Below are positions 47,724-52,946 of a DNA stretch of 52,946 nucleotides, piece by piece. The number at the start of each line of letters is the position of its first letter. Positions within the stretch are counted from its first letter, which is position 1. Source of the stretch: Actinomycetota bacterium (GTDB taxonomy: Bacteria; Actinomycetota; Acidimicrobiia; Spongiisociales; UBA4744); the NCBI GenBank assembly GCA_013152275.1, contig JAADGS010000099.1, positions 1 to 52,946 on the forward strand, written 5' to 3'. The translations under genes and the position numbers were made by a program. A model generated the notes under the pieces. It worked only from the letters and a program-made list of their open reading frames with translations, ran no database searches and was not told the DNA's origin.

Positions 47724-48980
47724 ATGATGACCCCCCTCCAGGTAGTCCTCCTCGTGGTTCTCGGTCTCTGCATCGCTTCCTCCGGCTTCTTGTCAGGCTC
47801 CGAAACGGCGATCGTGCGCGTTCCGCGAGAACGTGCCCATCAGTTCGCGGAGCAAGGAAGAAAGGGCAGACACCTCGAGGAACTCCTTGCCGACCTGGAA
47901 GGCACGATCGGCACGCTGCTCGTCGCCAACAACTTTGTGAACATCCTCGCTGCGTCGGTGGCAACGGCACTCGCCATCGCCCTCGTGGGAGCGACATGGG
48001 GGCCATGGCTGGCCACGGTCGTCGTCACAGCGATCATCCTCATCGTTGGTGAAATCACGCCCAAAACCCTCGCCACCCGCCGACCCGACCAATACGCGCT
48101 CGCCGTTGCCGGAGTTCTCTTTCGCCTCACCCGAATCCTCGATCCGATCACCGCCGTGTTCGTTGCGATCAGCAGGGGGATCCTTCGTGTCTTCAAGGTC
48201 ACCCAGGACAATCGTGCGGCGATGGTCACCGAAGAAGACATTCGGGCGCTCGCCGTGCTCGGAGAACGCTCCGGCGAGATCGAACCCGCAGAACGAGAGA
48301 TCATCGATTCACTCTTTGAAGTAACCGACCGGCCCGTGCGAGAGGTGATGACCCCGCGAGTCGACATCGTCACACTCGGAGCTTCACTCACGGCCGAGAC
48401 CATTCGTCAGGCCGTCATCGAGACCGGCCACTCCCGCTACCCGGTCGTCGAGCGCGAGGGAGATCTCGATCACATGCTGGGAGTCCTCAACGTCAAGGAT
48501 CTCTTGCGGGCGCCGGGAGATCCCACACCGGAACAGCTCATCGAACTCCTGCGCGAACCCCTCTACATACCGGAGAGCGCGTCGGTCCTCGAAGCACTTC
48601 AACTCTTGCGCCACAAACGGTCCGGATTTGCAGCGGTCCTCGACGAACACGGCAGCGTCGAAGGGATCCTGACGATCAAGGACCTCGTCTCAGAGCTCGT
48701 GGGTGAGCTCCAAGACGAGTTCGACCCTGGAGTGCCCGTCACCGTGAGCCTTGGCGACAACGGCTGGATTACCGACGGGCGCGTCACCGTCGAAGACCTC
48801 GCAGAGCAGACCGGAGCCGACCTCCCCGAGGGGCCCTATGGAACGGTGGGAGGCCTCTATCTGTTCGTTTCAGGCGACATCCCCCGCGAAGGCGACTCGA
48901 TCGTCATCGCCGGCCTGCGCTTCACCGTGCTCCACATGGAGGGCAGGCGCATCGATCGGTTGCGTGTTCAACGAGTCTGA
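47724..48980 (+). CDS. Hemolysin / CNNM-CBS-CorC family membrane protein
   Basis: SGSETA, GEITPKTLA, VMTPRVDI, HSRYPV, DEHGSVEG. Confidence 0.93.
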   Translation: MMTPLQVVLLVVLGLCIASSGFLSGSETAIVRVPRERAHQFAEQGRKGRHLEELLADLEGTIGTLLVANNFVNILAASVATALAIALVGATWGPWLATVVVTAIILIVGEITPKTLATRRPDQYALAVAGVLFRLTRILDPITAVFVAISRGILRVFKVTQDNRAAMVTEEDIRALAVLGERSGEIEPAEREIIDSLFEVTDRPVREVMTPRVDIVTLGASLTAETIRQAVIETGHSRYPVVEREGDLDHMLGVLNVKDLLRAPGDPTPEQLIELLREPLYIPESASVLEALQLLRHKRSGFAAVLDEHGSVEGILTIKDLVSELVGELQDEFDPGVPVTVSLGDNGWITDGRVTVEDLAEQTGADLPEGPYGTVGGLYLFVSGDIPREGDSIVIAGLRFTVLHMEGRRIDRLRVQRV

Positions 48981-49017
48981 TCCGGCCCTCCCACGGGCTG
49001 GTATCATCCCGGGCCTT

Positions 49018-49094
49018 CGGGACGTGGCGCAGTTTGGCAGCGCGCAGCGTTCGGGACGCTGAGGTCGCCGGTTCGAATCCGGCCGTCCCGACCA
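49018..49094 (+). tRNA. tRNA-Pro(CGG)
   Basis: Full cloverleaf: CGGGACG/CGTCCCG acceptor, CAGCG-TTCGGGA-CGCTG anticodon arm, TTCGAAT T-loop, CCA end. Confidence 0.97.
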
Positions 49095-49100
49095 GAAAGG

Positions 49101-49138
49101 TGCTGGTCAGGGCTCTGTCACCAGGGTTCTGGCCAGTA
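49101..49138 (+). terminator. Hairpin after tRNA-Pro
   Basis: CTGGTCAGGGCTCTG-TCAC-CAGGGTTCTGGCCAG stem with G-U pairs. Confidence 0.65.
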
Positions 49139-49149
49139 CCCGATTCTTT

Positions 49150-49213
49150 TCATCCCGCGTTTATCCCGCGACCGTTCCTTGACATTCCTTGACATTCCTC
49201 GACATTCCTCGAC
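49150..49213 (+). repeat. att-arm repeats: T(C/T)ATCCCGCG x2 and TTCCT(T/C)GACA x4
   Basis: 49150-49170 and 49175-49213; likely Int arm-type and Xis sites (inferred). Confidence 0.75.
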
Positions 49214-49294
49214 GACAACTCATTGCTCATGAGCGGAGACCCCAGCGGCTTTCTCGATCAGCATCGGCACACGGTCAGAGATGCCGGCGAACTG

Positions 49295-50425
49295 TCATGA
49301 ACCTTCTGGCCCGGCCACCGCGCTCCCAGAATCGGTGGTCGACGGCATCAACCTCGCCCCCAGCTTCTCCGCAGCCGACCGGTCTCCCTCCGCTGTCGCC
49401 TGGGCGTAGATGGCCAGGGTCAACCGTGGATCGGAGTGCCCGAGCCGGGCCTGCGCCGTCTTGACATCCACTCCGTCGAGGGCCATCGCCGTCGCATTGG
49501 TCCGCCTCAAGTCGTGGAACCCGAGGCCCGTCAAGTCGGCACTCTCCACGGCTGGCAGCCACACCCGCCGCCTCCAATTGGAATAGTCCAGCGGTCCGCC
49601 GTCCGCATTGGCAAACAAGAAGGCGTCAGGCTCGGCACCCGTCAGTCCACGATGCGCAAGATGGATGCTCAGAAGGTTTGCCAACGCCACTGGGATGGTC
49701 AGAGTTCGGTGCCCAGCAGCGGACTTCGGCGGACTCACGAAGCCCACGCCGCCCATGCCCCGCGTCACCTGTTCGGCCACAGTCACTGTCCTGCGCAACA
49801 GGTCGATGCGCCCAACCCGCAGCCCGGCGACCTCACCCCATCGAAGCCCTAACACCGCCCCCAGCCACACCATCGGCGCGAATTCCGCCGGCATCGAATC
49901 CGCCAGGCGAATGAGGTCTCCGGGCTCCACGATCCTCGCCGTTGCAGGCTCGACTGCTGGAAGCCGGATCCCCCTGCACGGTGACCGCAAGATCAGATCG
50001 GTTTCGACCCCGTAATTGAGGACCGCCCGTACAGTTCCGTACATGCGACGAACGGTCCGGGGTGCCATCCTGAGCGACCAGTCGGTCACCAACGCGCGGA
50101 TGTCACCGGGCGTCAACGATCCAATCTTTCGCTGCCCCAGTGCGGGCAGTACATGCACCCGAAGAGCACTCTCGTCGCGTGCGAGGGTGGATTGCCGCTT
50201 GGCCGGGTTGCTCTGCAACCACTCCATGGAGAGCTCGGCCAACGTGACGTTCGCACCTCGCGGATCGACCCAAGCTCCCCTCGCCTTCGCCGTACGCTGA
50301 GCGGCCTCGTACTCAACGGCCTCTCACTTGGTCCGTAACGTTCGTGACACCTCGCGTCCGTCAGGGCCGCGCAAGCGCACCTCATAGACCTTGCCTTTTC
50401 GGGTGCTGCGTTGATGGATACTCAT
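49295..50425 (-). pseudogene. Tyrosine integrase with one in-frame TGA at codon 34
   Basis: AAGGAGG RBS then MSIHQR...RTK*EAVEYE; catalytic GLRWGE, K, FHDLRR, LGH, IY intact; stop at 50324-50326. Confidence 0.9.
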
Positions 50426-50541
50426 AGCGCCTCCTTGTGACGTCCCGTCAGGAAACATACAACCCATCTCTGACAGCACGACCCCCAACGATGTCGATGC
50501 TGGCTACTCGGGCGAGACAAAAGGAGGTCCACGGATCGAAC

Positions 50542-50736
50542 CTACCCAGCCCGCGAGGTTTCATGCTGCTCTTGCAGTCGATCTACGAACTCAGCCAACG
50601 CGCGAGCAGGGACGCGCCTGCTCGTGTCGATCCGGACGGATGCCAACCGACCGTCGCCGATCAACTCGTACACTTTCGAGCGGCCGATCGACAGCACCGT
50701 GGCCGCTTCCTCCGGTGTCAAGAGCAGCTTGTCCAC
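50542..50736 (-). CDS. Excisionase / HTH_17 DNA-binding protein
   Basis: LLLTPEEAATVLSIGRSKVYELIGDGRLASVRI. Confidence 0.9.
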   Translation of the reverse strand: MDKLLLTPEEAATVLSIGRSKVYELIGDGRLASVRIDTSRRVPARALAEFVDRLQEQHETSRAG

Positions 50737-51348
50737 CGCTTCCTCCTTTCGGCTTCTGCGAGCAGCGGATCGAGGTTGTTCATGGCCCGAGTGTGCGATG
50801 GGACCCTGTTATTTCGTTGCCATTTGGGTGTCAACAGGCCTGTCATTCGGATGCCATTTCGGTGGTTTGCCCTGATCAGCGGACTTTCTAGAGATGTTCG
50901 AAATCGGTGCACACCGGATCGTTCTGTGGCTGTCGGCGGGGCGGTTGGAGGGTTTCTGAAACTCTGCCGAAAGGGTTTCTGACACTCTGGTGAGAGGGTT
51001 GTCTCGTCTACTGGCCGTCATGGACCCTGTCCGCAGCGTCGAGCACCGCAAAGGTCGGAACGTCACCGCAGGCCTGACGTTCGTCTGGACGGATCTCTGG
51101 AACCCACGCATCGAAGCAGAGTCGGCGACGATTCCGGATACGAACCAGGAACCAACTGGACCAAAGCTTCACGACCGGTACGGATCCTCAGCGGCCGTTG
51201 AAGGCGAGATCACCCGATCCGAAACAGCCACCATCCGTGGACACCAAGACCTGATCGACCGCGACGCCCCCACCAAGATAGACCGTCTCCAGAACGATCG
51301 TCCTTGGCGACACACGCATTTGCAACCAGTTGCTCCCGGAGGTGTGTT

Positions 51349-52908
51349 GTGTTGAGTTTGGCCAAGGCCGCCAAGGACTATTACCTGCGCAAGCTGGGGG
51401 AGATCTCCCCCGGGGAGGACTACTACCTGCGCGGTGGCACCGCCACCGGCATCTGGCGAGGGAGCGGCGCCGCCGAGTTGGGCCTGGAGGGTGCGGTGTC
51501 GGCGGAGCGTTTGGTGCGCCTGTTTGATGGTCAACATCCCGCAACCGGCGAGCGGCTGGGACGCAGTCTGCGCAAGGATGGGGTCGCGGCGTGGGATGTG
51601 ACGTTCTCGGCGGACAAGTCCGTGTCACTGCTCTGGGCTCTCGGCGACGAGAACACCCGACAGCAGGTGTTGGAGGCGTTCGAGGAGGCCACAGGGGCGG
51701 CCTTGGGGTATTTGGAGTCGGTCGCGTCGGCCACCCGAGGCGCCACCAAGACTCCGCTCATCGACGACCAGGGCAACCCGATCCTCAACGGGAACGGGAC
51801 ACCCAGGTTTCGGGTCCAGACCTGGCCGATCGCCACGTCAGGGTATGTGGCGGCGTCGTTCACCGAGTTCACCTCCCGCGCCGACGACCCACAGTTGCAC
51901 ACCCACGTGGTGGTCGCCAACAAAGTCAAAGGCACCGACGGGATATGGCGCACCATCGACGGCAGGTTGCTATATCGGCGTCAGCTGGCCGCCGGCTACC
52001 TACACGAAGCCGTCCTCCGCAAGGAACTGACCGAACGCTTGGGGGTGCGGTGGCAGCCGGTCCACAACGGGATGGCCGACATCGCCGGGTTTACCCGCCC
52101 CCAGATCGAAGCCTTCTCCAGGAGACGTCACCAACTCGAGGAGTGGCGGGAGAACCAAGGCCTCCCGGACACCGCGGCGGCCAGGCAAGTAGCCGTGTTG
52201 GCCACCCGCACCCCAAAGACAGACCATCCCCTCGCCGACCTCGAAACCGAATGGAAACAGCGGGCCGCCCAGGTGGGTCTCACCCCCCACCGGATCGGCC
52301 ACCTCATGGGTTCCGGCCGGGAGGTCGCACCGGCCGATGCGGAGGTGCTGTTCGAACGGTTGGCGTCGGCGGAGGGTCTCACGAAGCGGGCTTCCACCTT
52401 CGGGCGGGCCGAAGTGGTCAAGCAGGTAGCGGCGGCCTTGCCGGAGGGAGGCACCCGAAGCCAGATCGAATCCCTCGCAGAGGCGTTCCTCAACACATCC
52501 GACGTCGTACCGCTCCTACCCGGACGCGACACCGGACGGGTCGAAGAACCCGAAGGATTCGTCGATGTCGAACAGAACCGGCTCCCGACGGCCGAACTGA
52601 CCGACAACGTCCGCCAACACGAGCCGTGGGAACGTGTCGCCCTCACCTACCTTCGAGACGGGTCCGTCGACCAGGCGATCGACGCCTACCAACAGCATCA
52701 GCGGCTCATCATCGGAAAGGACCCAAACGACACCACGGCACGGGCTGTGGCCGACTGGTATCGCCACGTCACCGCCACCGGTGACCCCACCTCCGGGCTG
52801 CTCATCGCCTACGACAACGACACCGTGAACCAACTCAACCAACAAGCCCGCACCCTAGTCCGTCCGAACAGCGACTCTGCTGGATTCCCGCTCTCAGAGA
52901 TGAGCTGA
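51349..52908 (+). CDS. MOBF (TrwC-family) relaxase with largely deleted helicase region
   Basis: DYY..DYY, DVTFSADKSVSLLWA, SRADDPQLHTHVVV, FSRRR; no Walker A/B before the ELTDNVRQ helicase fragment; GGAGG RBS. Confidence 0.9.
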   Translation: MLSLAKAAKDYYLRKLGEISPGEDYYLRGGTATGIWRGSGAAELGLEGAVSAERLVRLFDGQHPATGERLGRSLRKDGVAAWDVTFSADKSVSLLWALGDENTRQQVLEAFEEATGAALGYLESVASATRGATKTPLIDDQGNPILNGNGTPRFRVQTWPIATSGYVAASFTEFTSRADDPQLHTHVVVANKVKGTDGIWRTIDGRLLYRRQLAAGYLHEAVLRKELTERLGVRWQPVHNGMADIAGFTRPQIEAFSRRRHQLEEWRENQGLPDTAAARQVAVLATRTPKTDHPLADLETEWKQRAAQVGLTPHRIGHLMGSGREVAPADAEVLFERLASAEGLTKRASTFGRAEVVKQVAAALPEGGTRSQIESLAEAFLNTSDVVPLLPGRDTGRVEEPEGFVDVEQNRLPTAELTDNVRQHEPWERVALTYLRDGSVDQAIDAYQQHQRLIIGKDPNDTTARAVADWYRHVTATGDPTSGLLIAYDNDTVNQLNQQARTLVRPNSDSAGFPLSEMS

Positions 52909-52946
52909 GTCGGCGGACAACCACCGATCAAGAGGGGGCAGCGATC

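Larger units (their letters stand above)
49095..52946. mobile_element. Degenerate integrative mobilizable element at tRNA-Pro, right end not seen
   Basis: tRNA, att-like repeats, int, xis, MOBF relaxase. Confidence 0.85.

Noticed and set aside
50990..51340. Small ORFs upstream of the relaxase
   Set aside because: No recognisable motifs or consistent frame; probably eroded sequence.

Overview
High-GC actinobacterial chromosome segment; the gene content (WhiB, GlnR, GlnA2-type GS) and Thr-rich secreted proteins suggest Acidimicrobiia, which is an inference. A housekeeping core is bracketed by two decaying tRNA-targeted integrative elements. Left (1-6082): an islet between two identical 91-bp repeats that contain only the 3' part of tRNA-Phe(GAA). 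It carries an intact PadR-ABC-FtsX operon with a visible promoter/operator, a frameshifted HigB-like toxin with its XRE antitoxin, and a tyrosine-integrase stub. Right (49018-end): tRNA-Pro(CGG), then att-like repeats, an integrase with one in-frame TGA, an excisionase and an internally deleted MOBF relaxase. Core: fused 2-oxoacid dehydrogenase E1, argS, glcDEF with an alanine-glyoxylate aminotransferase, hydantoinase/oxoprolinase A/B, VapBC, divergent glnA / glnA2-glnR with GlnR boxes, Fe-S helpers, selA-selB, WhiB. Best leads: a membrane-anchored STAND-ATPase/TPR/PQQ-propeller protein, a dispersed 51-bp palindromic element (3 copies), the tandem tRNA-Phe islet arrangement, a candidate sRNA with a CRP-like site, and a uORF/terminator leader before the E1 gene. 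No CRISPR array or rRNA was seen. All calls are by eye, without database searches, so novelty is unverified.
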